Shown here: piece by piece, positions 55,955 to 64,000 of the stretch | Layout of the letters: every line of letters starts with the position of its first letter | How positions within the stretch are numbered: the stretch's first letter is position 1 | Source: a bacterium | Lineage (GTDB): Bacteria; Electryoneota; RPQS01 | Length of the DNA stretch: 64,000 nucleotides | Direction of reading: 5' to 3' | NCBI GenBank assembly: GCA_023382385.1 | Contig: JAHDVH010000002.1 | Coordinates: forward strand, 4,957 to 68,956 | Program-made: the position numbers and the translations under genes | Notes under the pieces: generated by a model | What the model was told of the DNA's origin: nothing | The model's database searches: none | The model's input: only the letters and a program-made list of their open reading frames with translations

Positions 55955-56102
55955 CGGAGCTTACAGGGTGTGTTGGCGGGATAACTCAAGCTGTTGAGTA
56001 TAGCGTATTTTGGCAACTTTTGCAACTCTGTCACACTCGAGGAGCTTGACAATTTCGGACTGCGAACATAGATTTCTGGCAACTTATCGCACGGAGGAAA
56101 GC

Positions 56103-56777
56103 ATGTCTCACGCGCGCTGCATCACTCCAATCACACTTCTGGCACTTCTCGCCTTGCCATTCACTACCATTGCCTTTGAACGGGTCACTCCACCGGATTC
56201 CTCTCTGACAAATTGGCAGTGGCCCTTTGTGCTCAATTGGACATCCGAGTCAAACCTTGAAGGCGAATCGGTCTACTACATCTTCCACCTCGAAACATCC
56301 TACTTCGAAGAAGCTGTCTCGCCCCGAGACGCCGTTGTTACCGACACGTTCATGAATGTCCAAATTGATATTCCCGTGCTGTCGTTGGACGATATCTACG
56401 AGTTTCGCTGGCGTGTCTGGGCGTCAGACGGACAGGACACGGTTGAAGCTCTGAACGGTGAAGGTTTCTTCCAAATGGTCATTCCCGAAAACGCGGATGA
56501 GACACACTTGGTTCCCACGTCAGTAGATCTTCTCGCCTATCCCAACCCGTTCAATCCTGCAACATCGCTGAGTTTTTCGTTGGATAAGCCGCAACGTGTA
56601 GTACTCGCTCTCTATGATGTTCGTGGCCGCCATGTTTCGTCGCTCGCAAGTGAAGTGATGACCGCAGGTCCACACATTGTGACGGTTGACGGATCCGCGT
56701 TGCCCAGCGGAGTCTATTTTGCCAGCTTTCTGTCAGGAGCACAATCGAAGTTGGTTAAGCTTATCTTGCTCAAATAG
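56103..56777 (+). CDS. Small secreted protein with C-terminal T9SS sorting domain (cargo of unknown function)
   Basis: Signal peptide MSHARCITPITLLALLALPFTTIAFE. C terminus LALYDVRGRHVSSLAS...GVYFASFLSGAQSKLVKLILLK, matching the T9SS CTD pattern also seen at the end of the 38672..42076 S8 peptidase. Confidence 0.7.
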   Translation: MSHARCITPITLLALLALPFTTIAFERVTPPDSSLTNWQWPFVLNWTSESNLEGESVYYIFHLETSYFEEAVSPRDAVVTDTFMNVQIDIPVLSLDDIYEFRWRVWASDGQDTVEALNGEGFFQMVIPENADETHLVPTSVDLLAYPNPFNPATSLSFSLDKPQRVVLALYDVRGRHVSSLASEVMTAGPHIVTVDGSALPSGVYFASFLSGAQSKLVKLILLK

Positions 56778-56866
56778 AGCCGATCCCACGTTTACATGCA
56801 AGAGGCGCATCCACGCGGTGCGCCTTTCTCTTCCCCGATTATTCATACAGACAAGGAGTGTTTAAC

Positions 56867-57535
56867 TCAGCAGTATACGACGGTCAGCAACTCCACAATC
56901 CTCTCAAACTCTTTCTGATATTCCTTTTGAAAGGCCTCCCGAGAAGGCTCAAAGCCGGCTTCGACGAGCGACGTAACAAAGTCCCTGTGCGATCTTCCCC
57001 CTCGATAGTCCGGTTCCCGCGGCGGCTGCTTAAGATACCGTGACATCAACTCGACTTCACCGGACACATTGATCACGGCGTGATAGAACACGACATCACG
57101 GTTGCGGTAGAGCGCTGTGCCCGCAATCTTCCTTTCACCAAGCGCAATATCCGAAATGCCGCGATGCGCAAGTCCTCCGACACCGATTCTCTCAAACGCG
57201 TCGCACACGGCCTTGTTGAACAGCACGAAGTAATCCTTGGATTGAATCTGTTTGCGGCCATAGAGCGCGCACGATAGGCACCACATGTCGGGTGACAACA
57301 CGACCGAACATCCCCCGGATCTGCGCTTATAAACGGGCAGGCCGTCCTCCTCGACAGCTGCTTCATTCAACTCCAGTTCGCTCTTCGACCCGCTCCCAAT
57401 CACCACGCACGTGTGCTCCGGCACCCACAGCAGGAAACGCCCGGCGGAATCGTCGGGCGTCAAGAGCGTACTGTCCTGAAGGTTGTAGTCTTTGGTCTGC
57501 ACCGGTGTGGCGGAGGCAATCCGCCAGTCATTCAC
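56867..57535 (-). CDS. Lipoate-protein ligase/octanoyltransferase family protein (BPL_LplA_LipB catalytic domain)
   Basis: BPL/LPL-type core (VVIGSGSKSELE...RRSGGCSVVL...KIAGTALYRNRD). Sits directly downstream of a 2-oxoacid dehydrogenase E2 gene. Confidence 0.65.
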   Translation of the reverse strand: MNDWRIASATPVQTKDYNLQDSTLLTPDDSAGRFLLWVPEHTCVVIGSGSKSELELNEAAVEEDGLPVYKRRSGGCSVVLSPDMWCLSCALYGRKQIQSKDYFVLFNKAVCDAFERIGVGGLAHRGISDIALGERKIAGTALYRNRDVVFYHAVINVSGEVELMSRYLKQPPREPDYRGGRSHRDFVTSLVEAGFEPSREAFQKEYQKEFERIVELLTVVYC

Positions 57536-58920
57536 TACAGCATCAAAATATTCGTCGGGTCGGCCAGCATCAACACCAAATCGTTGACGAACCGCGCGCT
57601 GTCGCCGCCGTCCACGATGCGATGATCAAACGACAAACTCAGCGGCTGAATCCAGCCCTTCGCGATCTGATCGTTGAGGATAACCGGCTTCTGCAGGATG
57701 CGGCCGGTGCCAAGGATCGCAACTTCGGGATAGTTGATAACCGGCACACCGAAATTCCCATTCAGACTGCCGTAATTCGTAATCGTGAAGGTCCCGTCGC
57801 GAATTTCATCGAGCGTCAGTTTGCGTTCGCGTGCGCGATTGGAAAGATCCTCAATTTCGCGGGCAAGTTGCAGGATACCCTTCTGATCTGCGTTCTTGAT
57901 GTTCGGCACGACCAATCCGTCCGGCGTATCCACCGCCAAGCCGATATTGTAATACTGTTTGTAGACCACGCGGTTGCGCTCGAGATCGAGGGTTGCATTG
58001 AGCTTCTTATGTTTGCGCAGCGCGACACACACGGCCTTAATGATAAACGGCAGATAGGAGAGTTTGACGCCTTCGCGCTCAAGTTCCTTGTTCTTTTGCG
58101 CGCGCAAGGTGACGAGCTTCGAGACTTCCACCTCGTCGAGCGAGGTGGCGTGCGGAGCGGTGTATTTCGACTGCGACATGCGGTTGGCAATCGTGCGGCG
58201 CAATTGTGAGAGTTCTTCAATCTCCACCGGCCCGGGATACTCACCCGGAACGCTTGCGGGAGCGACCTTTGGAGCAGCAGGGGCGGCAGCCTGTGTCTTC
58301 ACCTGTCCTGCACTGACTGTTGCGGGCGCACTTCCGCTCGCTGCGGCAGCTTCGATATCCTGCTTCATCACGCGTCCGCCGGGCCCCGTGCCTTGTATCT
58401 TGCTGATATCAACGCCCATCTCGACGGCCATCTTCCGCGCGACCGGAGTGGCAATCACCTTTGCACCCTGTGACGCGCCGTTTACGGGAACGTCCGCACG
58501 TCCTTCGTTCGTGGAGGGCAGCACTTCGTCGCCGACTGGAATTTGTCCGACCACGCCGTACATGCCGTCTTCGTCCGTAGAGGCGGTTTTCTCTTTGGCC
58601 AGCGTCGGCGAACTGTGCTGCGTGGCAAAGTTCTCGTGATACGCTTCCGTTGGCGGCGGCGTGCTGAAGCTCACATCTTCTCCCTTGCCAACGATGACGG
58701 CGATCACCTGACCGACGTGCACGATCTCGTCCACCTTGCCGTTCGTCTGCGCGAGTTTGCCGGTTTGCGGAACGGGAATATCGGTCACGACCTTGTCGGT
58801 CTCGACTTTCAGCAGCGGATCGCCTTCCTTGACTTCGTCACCGGGCTTATGATACCACTCGAGGATCTTGCCTTCGTGGATACCTTCGCCGATGTCGGGG
58901 AATTGGAAATTGAAGGGCAT
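57535..58920 (-). CDS. 2-oxoacid dehydrogenase E2 component (dihydrolipoamide acyltransferase; branched-chain or pyruvate/acetoin type)
   Basis: Lipoyl domain (LKVETDKVVTDIP), peripheral subunit-binding domain, and catalytic domain with DHRIVDG. Confidence 0.85.
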   Translation of the reverse strand: MPFNFQFPDIGEGIHEGKILEWYHKPGDEVKEGDPLLKVETDKVVTDIPVPQTGKLAQTNGKVDEIVHVGQVIAVIVGKGEDVSFSTPPPTEAYHENFATQHSSPTLAKEKTASTDEDGMYGVVGQIPVGDEVLPSTNEGRADVPVNGASQGAKVIATPVARKMAVEMGVDISKIQGTGPGGRVMKQDIEAAAASGSAPATVSAGQVKTQAAAPAAPKVAPASVPGEYPGPVEIEELSQLRRTIANRMSQSKYTAPHATSLDEVEVSKLVTLRAQKNKELEREGVKLSYLPFIIKAVCVALRKHKKLNATLDLERNRVVYKQYYNIGLAVDTPDGLVVPNIKNADQKGILQLAREIEDLSNRARERKLTLDEIRDGTFTITNYGSLNGNFGVPVINYPEVAILGTGRILQKPVILNDQIAKGWIQPLSLSFDHRIVDGGDSARFVNDLVLMLADPTNILML

Positions 58921-58936
58921 ATCTATAGTCTCCTGC

Positions 58937-59920
58937 TTACACCTGATAGTCTGCGAGCCTGCGGCAGTAATAATGCACGCGCTCGGGGGTGGGGCAATAC
59001 AAGTCTTCGGAACGCGGCAGCGGTGGAATCGTGTCGTTGCCGCACAGCCTCATCGGCGGAGCTTCGAGATACTCAAAACACTTTTCGTTCACCAGCGCAA
59101 TCAGCTCCGCCGCGACGCCAAAACTCTTCGGGCCTTCCTGCACAACGAGCAGTCGTCCGGTCTTCTTCACGGACGCGACGATTGTATCCCAATCCATCGG
59201 GTAGATTGTGCGCAGGTCGATCAGCTCGACGCTGATGTGATCCTTCTCTAAAAACTCCAGCGCCTTCCGGCAAACGTGCATCATCGCACCATAAGAAATG
59301 ACGGTCATATCGCGGCCGTCTTTCTCAACTTTCGCCTTGCCGATGGGAATGCGGTAGAGCCCGTCGGGCACTTCCTGCTTCATCGCGCGATAGAGCCGCT
59401 TGGGTTCCTGATAGATGACGGGATCGTTATCCTCAATTGCGGAGATCATCAAGCCCTTTGCGTCATACGGCGTCGAGGGAATCACAACTTTCAGCCCGGG
59501 GATGTGCGCGTACATCGCCTCCATCGCTTCTGAGTGCATTTCGAGCGCCTTCACGCCGCCGCCATAGGGGAAGCGAATCACGGCGGGTACGTGCCGCTGA
59601 CCTCGCGTGCGGTAGCGATAGCGGGAGATGTGCGTGATAATCTGATTCATTGCGGGATAGACGAAACCGTCAAACTGCATTTCGGCGACGGGACGCAAGC
59701 CCAGCACAGACATCCCGATACAGGCGCCGATGATAGAGGATTCGGCCAGCGGCGTATCGAACACGCGCTTCACGCCGTGCTTCTTTTGCAGATGTTCGGT
59801 CACGCGAAACACGCCACCCTCAACACCGACGTCTTCGCCAAAACACAGCACGGACGGATCGTCCGCCAGCTTCACATCCAGCGCGTTGTTTAGCGCCTGC
59901 ACCATCGTCATTACGGGCAT
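58937..59920 (-). CDS. 2-oxoacid dehydrogenase E1 component beta subunit (transketolase-like)
   Basis: N terminus MTMVQALNNALDVKLADDPSVLCFGEDVG. About 327 aa. Typical E1-beta Pyr plus transketolase-C domains. Confidence 0.85.
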   Translation of the reverse strand: MPVMTMVQALNNALDVKLADDPSVLCFGEDVGVEGGVFRVTEHLQKKHGVKRVFDTPLAESSIIGACIGMSVLGLRPVAEMQFDGFVYPAMNQIITHISRYRYRTRGQRHVPAVIRFPYGGGVKALEMHSEAMEAMYAHIPGLKVVIPSTPYDAKGLMISAIEDNDPVIYQEPKRLYRAMKQEVPDGLYRIPIGKAKVEKDGRDMTVISYGAMMHVCRKALEFLEKDHISVELIDLRTIYPMDWDTIVASVKKTGRLLVVQEGPKSFGVAAELIALVNEKCFEYLEAPPMRLCGNDTIPPLPRSEDLYCPTPERVHYYCRRLADYQV

Positions 59921-59953
59921 GGATTGCTCCTATCTTCAGTTTTCATTTTCTGA

Positions 59954-61117
59954 TTACTTTCCTCTCCGGCTCTGCCACGCCAGGAACGCTTCGAGATCAT
60001 GCTTCTGCTCTTCGAGCGAATTGGTGAGCTGCTCGTACTGGTGCTCAAAGAGTTCGGGAATCGGATTCGGTCCAAGCCCGACGACGTGCGACACGATTTC
60101 ATCAATCTTCACGGCACACTCTTCTTCAAACGCCGTCTCCTGCTTCTCGCTCCAGAGCTGCTTCTCCAGCAGATACTTCTTGACGCGGATCAGCGGATCG
60201 CGCGGCTCCCAGATCTTTTCTTCTTCACTCGTGCGGTATTTCGTCGGGTCGTCTGAAGTCGTGTGCGCACCCATGCGGTAGGTCACGGCTTCGATCAGAA
60301 CGGGACCGTTGCCCGCCCGTGCGAAATCCACAGCTTCCTTCGTGGCACGGTAGACCGCAAACAGGTCGTTGCCGTCCACCTGAATCCCGGGCATGCCGAA
60401 GCCCACGGCTTTTTGTGCAATCGTGGCTGCCTTGGTCTGCAATTCACGCGGGACGCTGATCGCATACTGATTGTTGTTGCAGAAGAACACGCACGGGCAC
60501 GAGAACACTGCCGCCCAGTTCAACCCTTCCGAGAAGTCTCCTTCTGACGTGCCGCCGTCCCCGAAGTAACAGAGCACGACCTGATCAAGGCCTTTGTAGT
60601 TGATGGCGTGGCCGATTCCCGCGGCGTGGGGAATCTGCGAAGCGATCGGCACGGAAGTCGGCAGGCTGTTCACACCTTCCGGCATGACTGCTCCGCTCTC
60701 CAGACCAAGATACCACTTGTAGACCGTTTCTACCGGCCAGCCGTGCCACATATACGCGCCGATTTCGCGGAAGGCGGGCACCAGCCAATCATCCTTGCGC
60801 AGGGCCATTGCGGAACCGACTGCGGAGGCTTCCTGACCGCGGTTGACCGGCAGCGTATAGAGCTTGCCTTGCCGCTGCAGGTTGACGGCCTTCAGGTCCA
60901 CAAGCCGCGCATACTTCATCATCTTGTAGCCTTCGAGCAGGAAATCTTCGTCAAACTCAGGCATCCATTCCGGGTGCAGGACCTTTCCAGAGGGGTCCAG
61001 AACTTCGAGCTTCTTGCCTGAAGTTGCATGAAAAGCCTCGAACAGAGAGGACGTGCCTTTGCCATTCACCTGCCCGTTGCCTTTTTCGGTCTTTTTGGTC
61101 TTAATCTCCGTGGCCAT
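59954..61117 (-). CDS. 2-oxoacid dehydrogenase E1 component alpha subunit (TPP-dependent)
   Basis: TPP-binding motif GDGGTSEGDFSEGLNWAAV. E1-alpha-type length. First gene of the minus-strand operon. Confidence 0.85.
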   Translation of the reverse strand: MATEIKTKKTEKGNGQVNGKGTSSLFEAFHATSGKKLEVLDPSGKVLHPEWMPEFDEDFLLEGYKMMKYARLVDLKAVNLQRQGKLYTLPVNRGQEASAVGSAMALRKDDWLVPAFREIGAYMWHGWPVETVYKWYLGLESGAVMPEGVNSLPTSVPIASQIPHAAGIGHAINYKGLDQVVLCYFGDGGTSEGDFSEGLNWAAVFSCPCVFFCNNNQYAISVPRELQTKAATIAQKAVGFGMPGIQVDGNDLFAVYRATKEAVDFARAGNGPVLIEAVTYRMGAHTTSDDPTKYRTSEEEKIWEPRDPLIRVKKYLLEKQLWSEKQETAFEEECAVKIDEIVSHVVGLGPNPIPELFEHQYEQLTNSLEEQKHDLEAFLAWQSRRGK

Positions 61118-61129
61118 CAGATCAAACCC

Positions 61130-61300
61130 TTATATGAAATTAAACAAATATTTAGCTAATTGTACGAACGTCCATCCAGTTCAGTTAATATAAGGTTTTT
61201 GCTCAGGATAGCAAGAAGGCATGAATATATTTTGATGTAAAACGATTTAATGTTAAATAAAAGAGAAATCAGGAGATTTTGTTGGTCGCGCGGTTGACGA
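61130..61300. promoter_or_regulatory. AT-rich intergenic region upstream of the E1alpha operon (likely promoter/regulatory region)
   Basis: Locally far more AT-rich than the surroundings (runs such as aaattaaacaaatatttagctaattgtac and ttaatgttaaataaaagagaaatc). Immediately 5' of the minus-strand E1alpha start. Confidence 0.3.
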
Positions 61301-61408
61301 AGTGCCCACAAGAGAAACAGAAATCCCCCAGTGAACCGGCTTGCAGTTCGACTGAGGGACTCTTGAATCCAAGTGCGGCCTGAGCCGCGACTTCAGATCA
61401 TTGTGCCG

Positions 61409-61897
61409 CTATTTGAAGCTGCCGTTCACGATCGGGAAAACGGGGAACCATCCACCCTTCTTGATGATATTGACCAGACCGATTTGCAGACCGTTCGTGG
61501 ACTGCGCAAAATTCACCAGGCCAAATTGCAAACCCACATACTCGTTCGCTTCGTTGTAAAGGCCGTATTGCAAGCCGGTGAACGTGCCACCCTTGTCGAT
61601 GTTCACCCAGCCCCACTGAATTCCCGCGCCGCCCTGATTAGCAAGATTGACGAATCCGTATTGAATCCCTTGCATCTGACCAGTGGCATGATTGCCAAGG
61701 CCGACGTCGAGGCCGGTGACGTTGGCGTTCTTGCCGTAGATCAAGTTCAGGCGCAGGCCCGTGATGCTCTCGCTGTTCTTGAAGATCTGCACGGGATCGA
61801 CGAGTGCCAGATTGACTGGCTTATCGCCCGCCTGCGCCGCCGTGGGCAGAATGAGCGCAACACTGAATAACAGTACCGCATATAGTGCTTTTGTCAT
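61409..61897 (-). CDS. Small secreted tandem-repeat protein (G-[LI]-Q-[YFIW]-G-[LFW]-VN repeats), function unknown
   Basis: Signal peptide MTKALYAVLLFSVALILPTAAQA. At least five ~20-aa repeats: GIQYGFVNLANQGGA, GIQWGWVNIDKGGTFT, GLQYGLYNEANEYV, GLQFGLVNFAQSTN, GLQIGLVNIIKKGG. Confidence 0.55.
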   Translation of the reverse strand: MTKALYAVLLFSVALILPTAAQAGDKPVNLALVDPVQIFKNSESITGLRLNLIYGKNANVTGLDVGLGNHATGQMQGIQYGFVNLANQGGAGIQWGWVNIDKGGTFTGLQYGLYNEANEYVGLQFGLVNFAQSTNGLQIGLVNIIKKGGWFPVFPIVNGSFK

Positions 61898-62004
61898 GGG
61901 TGTTCCTTCGTTTGGAAACGTTACCTTCGTGAAACTGGACCACTAAAAGTAACAACTCTCAATTTCATAAACAACCGTCCAAAGCACAGGTTTCTAACCG
62001 AATG

Positions 62005-63429
62005 TTATTCACATGTAACAAAATACACGCGCATCCCGTCGGCGGGCAGGGGCAGCACGGTGCTGGTTGCGGGTGTGGTGGCCTCGATGGTGTAGTCCTG
62101 CGGCGCGGAGTTCATGTCGTTGCTCGACCATATCTTATACTGTGTCGCGCCAGCGACGGGGTGCCAACGCAAGTAGAGCGAGTCCTCTGCAAACGACATC
62201 ACCAGAGATCCCGGCGCGTCGAGACCGTTCTCGAATTCATCGTACAAGGCCGCGAGCAATTCGCCGTCGCGATCCGCCGCAAGCTCCCAGAACATCGCGC
62301 CTCCGAGCAATTCACTCAAAACATAGCGCGCCTTCTCGCGAATGGACGCCGTGTCGTCATAACTGATCATCACGTGCGACGCCGGATTGTACAGCCACGG
62401 CACGCGCGAAGCGTCACTCCAGTATCGCGTGTAGCCGTTTAGGTTGACGTAGTTCTCCTTGAGCTGCCAATAGTCGAACATCCCGTTTTCCCACGTGCCG
62501 AACGGGGACACGCCGGAAAAGGACGCGTATAGCCCGTTATTCACGTTCGCGACGTTGCCGAAACCGCGCCCGTAAAACGCCATCCCCGCCGAAAGTTTCT
62601 CGCGCGGAAATCCGCCAGCTATGTAGGCTTGCATCGCCGCGTCGAGATTTGCGGACGTGTGCGCTGGTTCGGGAAACGGATCGAGCGAATCGGCGTAAAG
62701 CGGCGAGTTGAATCCCGTGAACGGACTCCATGGCCCTTGAAAATCGTAGGTCATCACGTTGATAAAATCAACGGCTTGGGCAAGCTGCGGCAACTCAAGA
62801 TTTGCCACATGATCAAGTCCCGCCGATGTCGCGAGTGTGAGCAGATACGGCCGCCCGTATAGTGTTTCGAGCGAATCAAGTTTGGCCCGGATACGCTGAC
62901 AGAGCAGCGTGAGGTTCGCGCCGTCTTCCGGGCGATGCTCGACGTCCCAATCCCCGCCGAACACGGGATACTCCCAGTCGAGATCCACGCCGTCGAAGCC
63001 GTGCTCAATGACGAATTGTGCACACGAATTGGCGAACAGCTCTCGTGCTGCAGGCGTCGCGGCGGCGTCAGAGAAATTTTCACTCCATGTCCAACCGCCG
63101 ACCGAAATCAATGTTCGCAAATGCGGGTGCTGCTCTTTCAGAAGTCTCAATTGGTGAAAGTTCCCGCGCTCACAGCCGGGATCCCAGCAATCGCCGGGAT
63201 AGAAACGGTCAATATCGGCGTACGCGTCGCCGAGCACAACTTGACCGCCGCTGATATTCGCGAACGCGTAGTTGATGTGCGTGAGCTGCTCGGCGGGAAT
63301 ATCCGTGACAAAATAGCTGCGCGCGTAAATCGCCCATGACGGATAGTAGCCGACGATGCGCTGCGCCTCTGCAATCATAGGAACCAGCAAACACGCAACG
63401 AGCAGATATCTATTCAGGTGTAACCGCAC
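62005..63429 (-). CDS. Secreted GH18 chitinase with C-terminal FN3-like module
   Basis: Signal peptide MRLHLNRYLLVACLLVPMIAEA. GH18 catalytic motif FDGVDLDWEYP (DxxDxDxE). C terminus LYLRWHPVAGATQYKIWSS...RVYFVTCE. Confidence 0.85.
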   Translation of the reverse strand: MRLHLNRYLLVACLLVPMIAEAQRIVGYYPSWAIYARSYFVTDIPAEQLTHINYAFANISGGQVVLGDAYADIDRFYPGDCWDPGCERGNFHQLRLLKEQHPHLRTLISVGGWTWSENFSDAAATPAARELFANSCAQFVIEHGFDGVDLDWEYPVFGGDWDVEHRPEDGANLTLLCQRIRAKLDSLETLYGRPYLLTLATSAGLDHVANLELPQLAQAVDFINVMTYDFQGPWSPFTGFNSPLYADSLDPFPEPAHTSANLDAAMQAYIAGGFPREKLSAGMAFYGRGFGNVANVNNGLYASFSGVSPFGTWENGMFDYWQLKENYVNLNGYTRYWSDASRVPWLYNPASHVMISYDDTASIREKARYVLSELLGGAMFWELAADRDGELLAALYDEFENGLDAPGSLVMSFAEDSLYLRWHPVAGATQYKIWSSNDMNSAPQDYTIEATTPATSTVLPLPADGMRVYFVTCE

Positions 63430-63550
63430 AATGTCTCATCAAATCTGTCACAATTTTCACTCGTGATTCACCAGAGTCAAACGATTCAGCGGCGTATGAA
63501 GACTCGTGTAACCGCATGAAGGCTGTTCCAACAGCGCATGTATCACATCA

Positions 63551-63883
63551 TCATTCGCGGGTTGCCGACCGCCAAGTCCCTGCGTCTCTTCTGAGGCGAT
63601 CCAACTCTTTCCAGTGATTCTCAATCGCGTCGCGGCCGGATTCGGTTAAGCTGACCAGCGTGTTCGGCTTCCTGCCGATGAATTGTTTGGTGATGGTAAT
63701 CAGTCCGCCAGCTTCGAGTTTGGAGAGATGGCTCGAGAGGTTGCCCTTCGAAAGTCCGGTCAGGCTGTTCAGATAGAGAAAGTCAGCAGACTGACAGGCC
63801 GCCAACGCGGTGAGAATCGCGAGCCTTGACGAGTCGTGAATAAGCCGGTCGAGCTCGGCAATCTGCTTAAACGGCTCCGACAT
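63551..63883 (-). CDS. Winged-helix transcriptional regulator (ArsR/MarR-like wHTH)
   Basis: About 110 aa. HTH-like segment SSRLAILTALAACQSADFLYLNSLTGLSKGNLSSHLSKLEAGGLI. ATG at 63883 preferred over 63901 because an upstream minus-strand ORF ends at 63868. Confidence 0.55.
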   Translation of the reverse strand: MSEPFKQIAELDRLIHDSSRLAILTALAACQSADFLYLNSLTGLSKGNLSSHLSKLEAGGLITITKQFIGRKPNTLVSLTESGRDAIENHWKELDRLRRDAGTWRSATRE

Positions 63884-64000
63884 CTTCGGCCACCTTTCCA
63901 CCCAGTGTGCGCGTGACCAGCAGATGATCAGACAGTCCGCCGAAGATCATCGCCGTGCCGGCCAGCATCCACGTCACAAACCCGCGCTCCAGAAACGGCG
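63868..64000 (-). CDS. C-terminal fragment of a membrane protein; the gene runs off the window end
   Basis: Reverse translation gives ...PFLERGFVTWMLAGTAMIFGGLSDHLLVTRTLGGKVAEDVGAV* with a stop at 63870..63868. It is not in the ORF track because it is truncated. Overlaps the regulator start by about 16 nt. Confidence 0.3.

Noticed and set aside
61371-61408. Short GC hairpin (gcggcctgagccgc) downstream of the repeat-protein gene as a possible terminator.
   Set aside because: The stem is only about 5 bp with no adjacent U-tract on the relevant (minus) strand, so it is too weak to call.

Overview
The window is a gene-dense, roughly 57-60% GC bacterial chromosomal segment. Two proteins carry C-terminal T9SS sorting domains, which suggests an FCB-superphylum (Bacteroidota-related or candidate phylum) organism. 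I found no rRNA, tRNA, CRISPR array, transposase or integrase.

Coding content in order:
- Secreted hydrolases: a giant parallel beta-helix protein, an M14 carboxypeptidase, an M3 oligoendopeptidase F, two S8 subtilases, an S9 peptidase and a GH18 chitinase.
- Central metabolism: a sucA-sucB-lpdA 2-oxoglutarate dehydrogenase operon, and a 2-oxoacid dehydrogenase E1alpha/E1beta/E2/lipoate-ligase operon.
- A five-gene minus-strand cluster of a GCS2 carboxylate-amine ligase, an MFS transporter, an esterase, an ATP-grasp ligase and a second esterase.
- A CoA-dependent catabolic-looking operon: three tandem crotonases, an aldehyde dehydrogenase, an NmrA-like protein, an EthD-like protein and a hotdog thioesterase.
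- Assorted housekeeping genes.

The most unusual locus is a co-directional operon at about 42.5-50.2 kb. It encodes three tandem paralogous Sec-secreted fibre-like proteins and a small secreted protein with a triple SxNFxL motif. Each fibre-like protein has:
- a conserved N-terminal domain of about 110 aa;
- long Gly/Ser/Asn-rich repeats of about 15 residues, resembling YadA-head/Hep_Hag beta-roll repeats;
- a C-terminal phage-tail-fibre/endosialidase-type S74 intramolecular chaperone domain with the S-x4-K autoproteolytic dyad.

The first paralog is split by a 1-bp frameshift. No phage genes are nearby, so this looks like a chromosomal cell-surface trimeric-fibre system rather than a prophage.

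Other recurring architectures:
- A NIDO-like domain is shared by the M14 and S8 proteases.
- An FN3-like module sits at the extreme C terminus of four unrelated secreted proteins.
- The beta-helix protein shows an internal duplication.
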